Source: a virus
Taxonomy: Duplodnaviria; Caudoviricetes
Reading direction: 5' to 3' (one strand)
Virus record (IMG/VR): IMGVR_UViG_3300037755_000581
Coordinates: 2,984-66,983 of that record
DNA length: 64,000 nt
The translations under genes were made by a program, and so were the position numbers. How positions within the stretch are numbered: position 1 is the first letter of the stretch; each line of letters starts with the position of its first letter. Below, piece after piece: positions 46,394 through 55,079 of this stretch. The notes beneath the pieces were generated by a model. The model had not been told where the DNA came from and searched no databases. It worked only from the letters and a program-made list of their open reading frames with translations.

Positions 46394-46920
46394 AAATCGA
46401 ACCCTTCGCGCTTGCGCCATTCGGGTCCACGGCCATCGAGGCGAATGAAGCACGGCCGGCAATAGCGAAAAATACTACCAGGCGGGAGTACAACGTCTCT
46501 CGCGGGGAATTCGTGGCGGCAGTTGCTATTGAGTTGTCGTCCAGGTCCAGATTTTCCCCAGTTGTCGCAACGAATCATTGGCTCTGTTTCGTCGTTCGGG
46601 ATCCCGAGCTTGGTGCGACACCGGCCGCAGTATTTGACACGTGAGATTATCGGCGTGTTGCAGTCCCAACATGTGTTAACCATGCCACCCCATGGTGCGA
46701 CGCGTTGTTCCCGGCGCCGGCGGGTTTCGACGTAGTCTTGTGGAAAGCACCATACGTTGTTGGTGTGCAGTATTTCGGGGAACTTTTTGAGTGCGACGCG
46801 TTGCGCGTCGTTTGGTACGATTCCACTTCCATCTTTACGGTTGAAGCGCCACGCGTGTTCGAGACACCAATGGCTGCCGGGAAATGGTTTGAGCTCGCAG
46901 TTAAGGTGTAGGCACTTCAT
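46390..46920 (-). CDS. Cys/His-rich zinc-binding hypothetical protein
   Basis: SHWCLEHAWR, CWDC..CGRC, further Cys pairs. Confidence 0.55.
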   Translation of the reverse strand: MKCLHLNCELKPFPGSHWCLEHAWRFNRKDGSGIVPNDAQRVALKKFPEILHTNNVWCFPQDYVETRRRREQRVAPWGGMVNTCWDCNTPIISRVKYCGRCRTKLGIPNDETEPMIRCDNWGKSGPGRQLNSNCRHEFPARDVVLPPGSIFRYCRPCFIRLDGRGPEWRKREGFDF

Positions 46921-47141
46921 CGGCGTTTTTTGATGAAGCTCAGCGGGAAGTAGAGCCGGTTGCTGAGTGCTTCTGGGAAGCGCTTCATGGCTTCTCGTTG
47001 TGCGTCGTTGGGCAAGAAGTGTGATGGTCGCATTCCGCGCTTAGCCGCTCGCCATGCGTGCTCGAGGCAAAAATGACTCCGCTCTTCGTTGCTGGTCCAC
47101 GGTTCTGCTTTGCAACGGATCCAAATACATTGAGGGGTCAT
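46917..47141 (-). CDS. Paralogue of the N-terminal domain of 46390-46920
   Basis: SHFCLEHAWR...PNDAQREAMKRFPE. Confidence 0.6.
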   Translation of the reverse strand: MTPQCIWIRCKAEPWTSNEERSHFCLEHAWRAAKRGMRPSHFLPNDAQREAMKRFPEALSNRLYFPLSFIKKRR

Positions 47142-47157
47142 TGGTTTTTCCTTAGGG

Positions 47158-47181
47158 AAAAAACCCCGGCTTTCGCCGGGG
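47158..47181 (-). terminator. Rho-independent terminator
   Basis: CCCCGGC GAAA GCCGGGG TTTTTT on the - strand. Confidence 0.8.
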
Positions 47182-47257
47182 CCACAACATGCTGCATCGT
47201 TGGGGGGTTAAAAACGATGGCAGCTGCTTGTTTTTGCCCACGTCGAGCTTCCAACGG

Positions 47258-47291
47258 AAAAAGGGGAGACAACCCGAAGGCTGCCTCCCCT
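47258..47291 (-). terminator. Rho-independent terminator
   Basis: AGGGGAG..CC TTCG GG..CTCCCCT TTTT on the - strand. Confidence 0.65.
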
Positions 47292-47346
47292 GATAGCAAA
47301 CGTCAGAGCCTACTCAGAGCTTCACGTTTGCAAACCGCTCCGAAAC

Positions 47347-48129
47347 TTAGAAACGCCGAGCCAGTGCGACGGTCGCTTGCGCGCTCGCCTTCTGCTGCTC
47401 GGTGAGCTGCACCGGCGTCAAGAGCTTGTCGCCCTCGAAGCTGGCGGACTCGTAGATGACGCGCTTCGCGGCACGCGAGAAGCCATCGGCGTCCGGTGCC
47501 TCGGTCCCGAGTACGTCGCGCGCGATCGCGTAGCCGACGCCAGCTTGGCGAGCGAAGCCTTCGAGACGCGATTCTTTCTCCGTGTAGGACGGGTGGGAGT
47601 TCGCGTCTTGTCCGCGTGCGTGCGAGCGAGCGGCCCAGTTCTCGAGCTCGAACTGCGTGGTCGCAGCGTACACCGCGTTGCGCGTGGCACGATCGACCAG
47701 GAAGCGCTTGAACGCTTCGCCGTCCTTCTCGTTCATTGCGGTCAGCGTGTGCAGCAGCTCACGGCTGTGTTCGACCGCGTCGGCAACCAACGAAGCTTCG
47801 TCGGTCTTGTCACGCTCACCGCCCGGGTAGACGAGTCCGTAGCCGAACTCGGCGGCGGCCAACGCCTTCACCTGAACGTAGGCGATAAATGCCGGGATGG
47901 GTGAGAGGTAGAACTTACCGCCGGCCGAGCGCTTCCAGAAGTACTTCTCGGCGAGGTACTGCGGCAGGTTGGGCGACGACGCCGCCAACTGCTCCGTACG
48001 ATTCTCGTCGACGGCGTCCGGCACGTCGCTTGTTGAGCGCGGGCTTGCCATTGCGGCAACCATTGGCTCCTGCGACGGGATGTGGATTTCGCGCGGGTCG
48101 AGAGCCGAACCATTGCTTTGAGCGTTCAT
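47347..48129 (-). CDS. Hypothetical protein
   Basis: 260 aa, strong GC3 bias, GAGGAG ribosome-binding site. Confidence 0.7.
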   Translation of the reverse strand: MNAQSNGSALDPREIHIPSQEPMVAAMASPRSTSDVPDAVDENRTEQLAASSPNLPQYLAEKYFWKRSAGGKFYLSPIPAFIAYVQVKALAAAEFGYGLVYPGGERDKTDEASLVADAVEHSRELLHTLTAMNEKDGEAFKRFLVDRATRNAVYAATTQFELENWAARSHARGQDANSHPSYTEKESRLEGFARQAGVGYAIARDVLGTEAPDADGFSRAAKRVIYESASFEGDKLLTPVQLTEQQKASAQATVALARRF

Positions 48130-48531
48130 GAGTAACTCCTCGTTAACTCGATTGTTGAAACTACTGACACAAACTGCGTAGCGAGATCACCGAAGCGGGA
48201 GGTCGTCTAAATCCGAGTCGGCGACGTAACCGTGCTCGTCTTCGAGACGACACAAGATGTCGAGAGGATCGCTACCGCCACCTAAGTGTTCGAGCATTTC
48301 ACGCTCTACGCTTGGGAGGCTGATGCTGGATCCACGAAAGTCATTCGAGATTGGTAGACCGAAGTCACCAGGTGCTTTCATTGTGTGCGCGCCCCCTTCG
48401 ACCAACCCTTACGGGCTGGTTTGGGATCGCTACCAGGCCACGGAGTGCCGCCGCCTTCGTGGCCGAACTCCTTCGTTCGGCGTTTCGGACCAAGCCATTG
48501 AGAATTGCGTCCACACATAAGACCCCCAGGT

Positions 48532-48879
48532 CTAGTAATTGACGATTGCGAGAGGCAAGCCATGCTGGGTAGCGATATTGATCGTGTATTTCGTGCCTCG
48601 AGACTGGCCGTCCCAGAAGCAGATGCACGCGTTAGCGATCTTGGCCATCTCTTCGTTGCGCCGGTAGCCAGCGCTTTTGCCGAAGCGATTCCAATCAGCG
48701 GGCATTTCGATGAGAGCGATGTTGTGCTCTGTTGCGTAGAGCATGCCAATTGAGTCGGCACCTCGAGCCATGCCACAAATCACAACGGCGATTGGGTTGA
48801 TGGCGTTGATCTTGTCGACTTCGCGCCAGAGAAGTGGGACGTCGTTGAAATCACGTCTGCCAGCAATGATGAGCTTCAT
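48532..48879 (-). CDS. SLOG-family (DUF2493/YspA-like) protein
   Basis: IIAGRRDF, ICGMARGADSIG, ADWNRFGKSAGYRRN, FWDGQSRGT. Confidence 0.8.
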   Translation of the reverse strand: MKLIIAGRRDFNDVPLLWREVDKINAINPIAVVICGMARGADSIGMLYATEHNIALIEMPADWNRFGKSAGYRRNEEMAKIANACICFWDGQSRGTKYTINIATQHGLPLAIVNY

Positions 48880-48994
48880 CGATACCACCATTCGAGCGCC
48901 CAGATTGGGTCGTGGTCGCCCCAGTTGTACCAGAACATGCGTTGCAGATAGTTGTGCTCGTGCACGACGAAGTGCTTGCCGTCAATCATGAGGA

Positions 48995-49455
48995 TCATGT
49001 TGAACTCCCACCGATACACGGATCGGCTTGAACAATCGCATCCCATTCAGCGTTCATGGTGCCGAGGAGATCGGCGATGGCCCGCAGTATGTGTTCGGAC
49101 CAATAGCCACCATTGAGTTCAGGATAGAACACGTAGTAGCCGTCGACCTCACAGAGGATTTCGCCGAGCTTCACGCCATTCTCGTAGTAGAGATTGCTAC
49201 CAGTGAGAGTGATCATGCTGCCACCTTTGCGCGTTGTTGCTTGAACCAATAGCGAAGGCCTCGCAAGAAGATGCTGACGAACAGCGCAGCGAGCACGCCC
49301 GTCATCATTCCGGCATATGTGCCGTGGAACATCCAAGTGAGACCAACGAATGAACCGATATCTACGATCAGCCCGATGCGGGCGATACGGTGAAAACCGA
49401 TCCACATGAAGAGGAAGATCACGGAGAGAGCCGTGCCTACTGCTGCTTCAAACAT
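48995..49455 (-). other. Two small genes (48995-49216; 49213-49455 multi-TM membrane protein)
   Basis: ATGA overlap; hydrophobic profile. Confidence 0.5.
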
Positions 49456-49941
49456 TGGAATGTCCCTCGGTGTAGAGGTTGAAGTCGGTACTGAGTTTGG
49501 CCCAACGAGTTAGAATGTCGCTCTCTACACGGCGAGTGTTGTTGAGTGCGAGCTCACTCAGTGTTTGCTGTAGCGAGAGTCCGCGACTCCAGTTGTCGTC
49601 GATGATTTGCTCGGCAGTTGTGCCAAGCGCATGTTTAAGGGTCATGTGATGTCTCCAATGAATGTGTAGCAAGAACCACTTGGTTACATGCAAGCGCCGG
49701 AGCGGTCTTGAGCGTAGGCGCCGTGCGATGGGCTTAAATGTGAAACTCGTCACATAGCCCAGTGTTCTAGGTATGCTCAATGATCGTTACGCGGATTGTT
49801 GAGACTGTGACGCAAACCATTCCTGGTAGCGTTCACGTCGAGCGGCGAATAGCTTCGCTTTGAGCTTGCATTCGGCTTCGTGTGAAACGAGTCGGACAAC
49901 AGGCATGGATGAGATACGTTTGTGCTTCATGGTAAGTCTTC

Positions 49942-50038
49942 CTATCTCTACATATGTAGAGATACATCACTACAACTGTAGAGATAGATCAGCGGGTTGG
50001 CCAGACAGTCCATAACCATTTGGTTATGGACCATCTGG
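49942..50038. promoter_or_regulatory. Palindrome cluster at the head of the leftward operon
   Basis: TATCTCTACATATGTAGAGATA (49943-64) plus a third half-site at 49977-87; GTCCATAACCA-TT-TGGTTATGGAC (50008-31). Confidence 0.7.
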
Positions 50039-50048
50039 GCGGGACAGG

Positions 50049-50116
50049 GACTGAGTCACTACGTCACTGAGCTCTTCGAGCTGAGTACGTAGTCACTCAG
50101 TCACTAAGTGACTACG
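50049..50116. repeat. Array of 8-bp (C/G)ACTNAGT units
   Basis: GACTGAGT CACTACGT CACTGAGC ... CACTCAGT CACTAAGT GACTACGC. Confidence 0.85.
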
Positions 50117-50278
50117 CTCCGCGTCCCAAGCGAGCGCGTGACTCACAGTCCACGCCGCGTAGTCGAGCGGCTCACCGACGTCGAAGTCGATGATCGGCTC
50201 GAGATAGACATTGAGCTCTACGAAGAGGGGATCGCCGGGGATATCAACAAGCAGGTATTGCATTGCATTCTCCTTGGG

Positions 50279-50497
50279 TTAGCTGAGGGCGATGCGAACG
50301 TAAACGTTGCGGGCGACCTTGCGCCCGCACCCGACGCACACGGAGTAGCGCGTGGCACCATGCATCAGCATCGGGCACGGCCATTCACGCTCGATGTAGC
50401 GCTCCACCGCGCTAGCGATGAGCTCGATGGGCATATCTTCCGGGGCGTCCAGCACCTGATAGACATCAGGGCGGGCAGTCTTCGCGAGGGTTAACAT
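50279..50497 (-). CDS. Hypothetical protein, first leftward gene
   Basis: 72 aa, AAGGAG ribosome-binding site, CPM.H..CVGC motif. Confidence 0.5.
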   Translation of the reverse strand: MLTLAKTARPDVYQVLDAPEDMPIELIASAVERYIEREWPCPMLMHGATRYSVCVGCGRKVARNVYVRIALS

Positions 50498-50740
50498 AGC
50501 GGTTGCTCCTTCGTCACTACGTGACTAAGTACTAAGGGCTAAGGACGCAGTGACTCAGTGGCAAGCGCCGCAGGCGCTCTTGAATTTGAGGCGCTGGAAG
50601 GTTCCTTAGACGAAAAACGAAACGAATCCTCTTCGGCCCGGAATCGCAAAAGGGGTCGAGGACTCGCGATCTTGACCGGGGGAGAGGAACACCGCACGAA
50701 CCTCTTTGAGTTCCTAAAATATAGGACCCTTAATTTTTTG

Positions 50741-50749
50741 TGATATAAT
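50741..50749 (+). promoter_or_regulatory. Extended -10 promoter (TGnTATAAT)
   Basis: TGATATAAT ends 7 nt before ATG 50757, so the mRNA is probably leaderless. Confidence 0.6.
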
Positions 50750-50756
50750 TCTGCAC

Positions 50757-51242
50757 ATGGAACTACAACAAGAAGCCCGATGTGAGGATTGTAACGCCCC
50801 CGTTAACCTGCCCCGCCGAGGGCGTCAGCCGAAACGCTGCCCGCCTTGCGCAGAAGAGCGCAACCGCGTTCGGTCCCGGAACCGAGCGCGCGCGGCGGAC
50901 TATGCCGTCGGCACGGACGCGTGGCGTATCTCAGCGGCCAATAACGTTATGGCCCGCGCCCGACGCGAGAAAGTTCCTTGCGACCCGGCGGCCGTGATGG
51001 ACACGCTCCGTGCGATGGCCACAACCTGCCCGATATTTGGCACCCCGTTCGAAGTCCGCCGCGGCCAGTGCGGCCCGTCCGCCGCTTCGCCGACAGTCGA
51101 CCGTTTCGTTCCGGCGAAAGGCTACATCCGGGGCAACATGGCCGTGATCTCATGGCGGGCCAACCGACTCAAATGCGACGGCACTCCGGCAGAACTCATG
51201 GCCGTTGCGGCGTGGATGGCTGTACACCCGTACAGTACTTGA
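50757..51242 (+). CDS. HNH-like endonuclease with an N-terminal zinc finger
   Basis: CEDC..CPPC, CPIFG, SPTVDRFVPAKGYIRGN...AN. Confidence 0.7.
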   Translation: MELQQEARCEDCNAPVNLPRRGRQPKRCPPCAEERNRVRSRNRARAADYAVGTDAWRISAANNVMARARREKVPCDPAAVMDTLRAMATTCPIFGTPFEVRRGQCGPSAASPTVDRFVPAKGYIRGNMAVISWRANRLKCDGTPAELMAVAAWMAVHPYST

Positions 51243-51298
51243 TCCTTGGGTAGCCGCCCGGCAAAGTAAGGGCGTCCGCAATCCCAAGGAACCTACCA

Positions 51299-52060
51299 AT
51301 GTCCGACTCGACCGACCTCGTAACCCGCGCCGCCGATGCCCTTTCGATTGTCCCGAGCACCATGGTGACGGCCGCCAAGCAGCGCGCCGCTGGCGCCATC
51401 GAGAACTGCTGGAAGGCCTACCACGACGAAGACACCGGGCTGAAGCTGCGCGAGCAGCAGGCGGCCGTGGCCGGCGCCAAGGCCTCGAGCTACATCTTCG
51501 GCCTGGCCCAGTTCGCCGCCGAGGTGTGCCCTAAGAGATACCGCCCCGACGACGTGTTCACGGCGCTGTGCGCGTACGCGGAGGCCAAGCTCAAGGAGAA
51601 GCACGACGTCGACAACCTGAAGGAGGCGCTACCGTGCTGGGCCACGTTCAAGTCCAACATCGTGGGCGGCATGCGCGCCGGCTTGGATCCGCAGGAGTTC
51701 CCAACAGAATGGGAGTTCCGGAAGGCCGGCATGGAGGCCCGCATCTCCGTGATCGACACCAGGAACGCCGTGGCCGACCACCGCCTAGTCACTGAGTCAC
51801 CTAGTGACCAAGTGACTAAGTTGCCGACGCATCTCCGCATCGAACCCGTCAGGAAATTCATGCGCAGCACGTCGATCGCGAGCTCGCTGAAGCTCGTACT
51901 CGCTCAGTTGCTCGCGTCTGCGGACTACGTGAAGAAGGGCAAGGAGGCCGAGGCCGAGGCAATTCTGTCGGAAGCCAGCACGAAGTTGCTCGCCCTCGTC
52001 GACAAGCGCCGGGTCAAGGACGAGGCCACGCGCCTCGCGCTGGCGCCCCCGGAGAAGTGA
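51299..52060 (+). CDS. Hypothetical helical protein
   Basis: 253 aa, strong GC3 bias, AAGGA ribosome-binding site. Confidence 0.7.
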   Translation: MSDSTDLVTRAADALSIVPSTMVTAAKQRAAGAIENCWKAYHDEDTGLKLREQQAAVAGAKASSYIFGLAQFAAEVCPKRYRPDDVFTALCAYAEAKLKEKHDVDNLKEALPCWATFKSNIVGGMRAGLDPQEFPTEWEFRKAGMEARISVIDTRNAVADHRLVTESPSDQVTKLPTHLRIEPVRKFMRSTSIASSLKLVLAQLLASADYVKKGKEAEAEAILSEASTKLLALVDKRRVKDEATRLALAPPEK

Positions 52061-52077
52061 GGTCAACGCGTTGACCT
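52059..52077. promoter_or_regulatory. Operator-like palindrome AGGTCAACGCGTTGACCT (copies also at 7662-7678 and 63664-63681)
   Basis: 17-bp GAGGTCAACGCGTTGAC is identical at three sites. Confidence 0.7.
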
Positions 52078-52083
52078 GGACCC

Positions 52084-52129
52084 CAGCCCTCTCACGACTA
52101 GGTATATATACCTAGTCGTGAGAGGGCTG
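52084..52129. repeat. Perfect 46-bp palindrome without a spacer
   Basis: CAGCCCTCTCACGACTAGGTATA|TATACCTAGTCGTGAGAGGGCTG. Confidence 0.95.
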
Positions 52130-52183
52130 ACTTGTGCTGAAACCATAGGGGAAAGTTGCAGGCCGCAGTAAGCTTCGCGGCGA

Positions 52184-52660
52184 ATGGACTCAACCAGGCG
52201 CTGCAAGGACTGCTCGCGTGAGAAGAAGGTTGGCGAATTCTACGTCAGCCAGGTCGTGACTCTCCGCTCTGGGGAGTCTTCGACTTACTATTCGTCTCGC
52301 TGCCGGCCGTGCCACGGCAAACGAACGCGAACCGCCGAACGCAAAGTCAGGGACTTGAACCTGATGCGGATCTGGCGGTATCTCGAGACACACCCGTGCC
52401 TCGAATGCGGCGAGGATAATCCGGTCGTTCTGTCGTTTGACCACCGTGATCGGTCGCAGAAGACCGCATCGTTGGCCGACATGATGAAGAGACCGTGGAC
52501 CGTGATTGCCAAAGAGCTCGAGAACTGCGACGTGCGGTGTATGAACCATCACACGATCAAAACAGCCGCTGAGCTAAATTGGTTCCGGGCCCCCGAACTG
52601 CGCGACTACGTTCTGTCCTGGCCCGAAAACAAAAACACATACAGGAAATACGCGGCATGA
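52184..52660 (+). CDS. HNH endonuclease-like protein
   Basis: CKDC..CRPC, CLECGE...FDH...CDVRCMNHH. Confidence 0.65.
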   Translation: MDSTRRCKDCSREKKVGEFYVSQVVTLRSGESSTYYSSRCRPCHGKRTRTAERKVRDLNLMRIWRYLETHPCLECGEDNPVVLSFDHRDRSQKTASLADMMKRPWTVIAKELENCDVRCMNHHTIKTAAELNWFRAPELRDYVLSWPENKNTYRKYAA

Positions 52661-52938
52661 CCCCCAGACAAGAAGTCTACGCAGCGCTCGATTCAGAGCG
52701 CGATTATCAGGACAGCAGATGGGGGGCAACGCTCTCCGCAAACCGCGTACCCGGCCCCGGGCAGGAAGGAGGGGATCGCTCTCTCGACGAGTTCGTCCTC
52801 TACATGAAGGGCTACGTCGACGACGCAGTCGCCAAGGCTAGCCACTTCGTCGACAAGGTCGCGGTTCTGGACATCATCCGCAAGGTCACAGCGCTCGGCG
52901 TCGCTTGCATGGAACAACACGGAGCACCCCGCCGATGA
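52657..52938 (+). CDS. MazG-like all-alpha nucleotide pyrophosphatase-type protein
   Basis: SERDYQDSRWG...LDEF...IRKVTALGVACMEQHG. Confidence 0.5.
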   Translation: MTPRQEVYAALDSERDYQDSRWGATLSANRVPGPGQEGGDRSLDEFVLYMKGYVDDAVAKASHFVDKVAVLDIIRKVTALGVACMEQHGAPRR

Positions 52939-53144
52939 GCGATCGATTTCGTTTGCAGTACGTCCCGCTCGAGGTCGCCAACGCCGCCGCCATTCGCCAG
53001 GTGAAGTTGTTCGCCGACGACCTCGCCGAGTACCTCGAGGCTTTCGGCACTCCGAGCCGAGAGCTCAGTCTCTCAGTGACGAAGCTCGAGGAGGCTGTCT
53101 TCTGGGCGACGAAGCACTTCTCCGCTCCGGAGCGGCAATCATGA
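52935..53144 (+). CDS. Acb2/Tad1-like hairpin protein
   Basis: 69 aa from ATG 52935; PSRELSLSVTKLEEAVFWA. Confidence 0.6.
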   Translation: MSDRFRLQYVPLEVANAAAIRQVKLFADDLAEYLEAFGTPSRELSLSVTKLEEAVFWATKHFSAPERQS

Positions 53145-53530
53145 AGTTCCTCTGGGGCGACAAGGACGGCGGACCCGAGTCGAAGGTCTACGTCTGGGGG
53201 CTCGAGATCAAAAGCTTGTTTTCCGTGCTGGCGCTCAAGTTCGAGCTCGGGTCACGTGAGGCGTACCACTCGCACGCGTTCAACGCAATCTCGTGGGTGC
53301 TGAAGGGCGGACTGAACGAACACATGCTCGACGGGCCGACGAACTACTACGGCGCCTCGCGCACGCCAGTCGTCACCCGCCGCGCCACGTTCCACAAGGT
53401 GATGGGCCTCGGCAATCCGAGCTGGGTACTCACGTTCCGCGGTCCTTGGGCCAACACGTGGCTCGAGTTCCTGCCGAAGGCTAAGCGGTTCATCACACTA
53501 ACGCACGGCCGCAAGGAGATCTCCCAATGA
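53141..53530 (+). CDS. Cupin-fold protein
   Basis: YHSHAFNAISWVLKGG..E...FHKV...WVLTFRGP. Confidence 0.6.
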   Translation: MKFLWGDKDGGPESKVYVWGLEIKSLFSVLALKFELGSREAYHSHAFNAISWVLKGGLNEHMLDGPTNYYGASRTPVVTRRATFHKVMGLGNPSWVLTFRGPWANTWLEFLPKAKRFITLTHGRKEISQ

Positions 53531-53859
53531 TCGACCTCCTGATCTACAACCCGGTCACCGCGTTCTACGTGTGCTGGGTCTGTTACGTGATGACGATCGT
53601 GGCGAAGAAGCTCCGCAACGAGAAGAAGCTCACGCCGATTCTTTGGCTCTTCTTCAGCCCGTTCCTACTCGGCGTCGCCGTCCTCGACGTCGGACTGCAG
53701 ATAACCGCCGCATGGCTGCTAGGTGTTCCTCGCGAGTGGACACTATCGAAGCGTTTCGAGCGCTATCGGACGAGCGGCACCGCGAACCGGTGGCAGTTGT
53801 TCGTCGCGAACAACGTCTGTGGCAGTCTGCTGAATCCGTTCGAAGACGAGCACTGCTAA
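53527..53859 (+). CDS. Membrane protein
   Basis: Two hydrophobic segments; TLSKRFERY...LLNPF...HC motif. Confidence 0.55.
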   Translation: MIDLLIYNPVTAFYVCWVCYVMTIVAKKLRNEKKLTPILWLFFSPFLLGVAVLDVGLQITAAWLLGVPREWTLSKRFERYRTSGTANRWQLFVANNVCGSLLNPFEDEHC

Positions 53860-53883
53860 CCACTGAGGTTATACACAGCAGCA

Positions 53884-53892
53884 TGGTACAAT
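53884..53892 (+). promoter_or_regulatory. Possible extended -10 promoter
   Basis: TGGTACAAT in an intergenic gap; a similar TGGTATTCT lies at 57387-95 before the portal gene. Confidence 0.45.
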
Positions 53893-53927
53893 CCGCTCGC
53901 GTTGCATCTAGAGAAGGACCACAACCA

Positions 53928-55079
53928 ATGATCGGTAGTTTGATCGGCGCTTTCGTACGCCTCACGCAGCTCCAGAAGCTCGCCCAGAACGCAAAGGTGC
54001 AGGCGTATTACGCCACGGCGAAGGCCTGGTATAAGGCGCAGCCGCGCAAGATCCAGCTGGCCGTGGCCGCCGGCGTTGTTGTCGCGCTCGGCGTGGCATT
54101 CTTCGCGTGAAGTTTTTCTCCGGCGCCGGCATAATGAAGCGAAAACACGGCATCGCAGTTTTCTGCACGCTCTTCGGCGCGTTCGTCGCAATCAAATCCG
54201 GCGCGTCTCTCACCGAGTGGACGGTATTCGCGGCCGCCATGGTAGGAACATTCGGCGCGGCAGACGTCGCCGATAAAAAGCTCAACGGAGGCACGTACGA
54301 TGAACAGTCTAGCGACGGACGATCCCCGCCGAGCAATTGACCCCGAGCTCACCGTCGGCCAGATGTGCATGGCGGCGCTCGAAGATATGCTCACCGAGAA
54401 ATCTGACGAGCGGGTGGTCACAGTGCTGGCCGACGGCGGCGTCTATTTCTACCACGTGAAGTGTGTTGGCTATAAGCCGCCGTACCAGGCGCTTGACCCC
54501 GCCGCCGGCGAACTCAATTGGATGGGCCAGAGGCAGAACTAATGGACCTTTTCAGCAGACTTTGGGCGCTGGTCGCCGGGGCAGTGATCATCGCGGTGGC
54601 GGGTGTCAGCCTCGCCCCGACCCCGCATTCGGAAGCGCCGCAGATCACGGCCGCCATCGGCGTGATCTCCCCGTGCGGCATCTACGCCGTCATCACGATT
54701 CAGAGTGATGGCTCCGCTGTCGTGTACGACTCCACGAACGAGGCGCCCCCGAGCGTAGAAAAGACCGTTACTGAACTCAAACAAGAACAGCGGCACGCCA
54801 TCATCGTGCCGTGCCCCGCCGGAGTGAATTTTGGCCAAGAAAAAGAAGCAGCCTATACCGAAGCCCCGCACCGCCGAGGACACGACGCTCTCTGAGCTGC
54901 TCGAGCTCACGGCTCCCCCGCGGAACGGTACGACAGGCGTACACCTGACTGCCGCGCACCCTGCTTACATCCTGACGATTCAGGGCCCGGAGGCGCTGCA
55001 CATGGTAAGGCTCATCTTAGACTTTGTGGAGGCGCTCAAAGAGCGCGAACGAGAGAAGCTTGGCGACGCAAAGCGGTAA
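53928..55079 (+). other. Five small genes, three membrane-associated (53928-54110, 54107-54340 holin-like, 54300-54542, 54542-54895 signal-anchored, 54831-55079)
   Basis: Coupled overlaps and hydrophobic helices. Confidence 0.5.

Noticed and set aside
50049-50116. CRISPR array
   Set aside because: Units are 8 bp with no unique spacers; no cas operon. The Cas4-like gene is the usual phage replication-module nuclease.
40681-50497. T7-like single-subunit RNA polymerase
   Set aside because: No ORF of suitable size or motifs in the early region; sigma70-like -10 elements suggest host polymerase is used.
51299-52060. Protelomerase next to the 46-bp palindrome
   Set aside because: About half the size of known telomere resolvases, and I cannot see the R-K-R/H-Y catalytic pattern; kept only as an open candidate.
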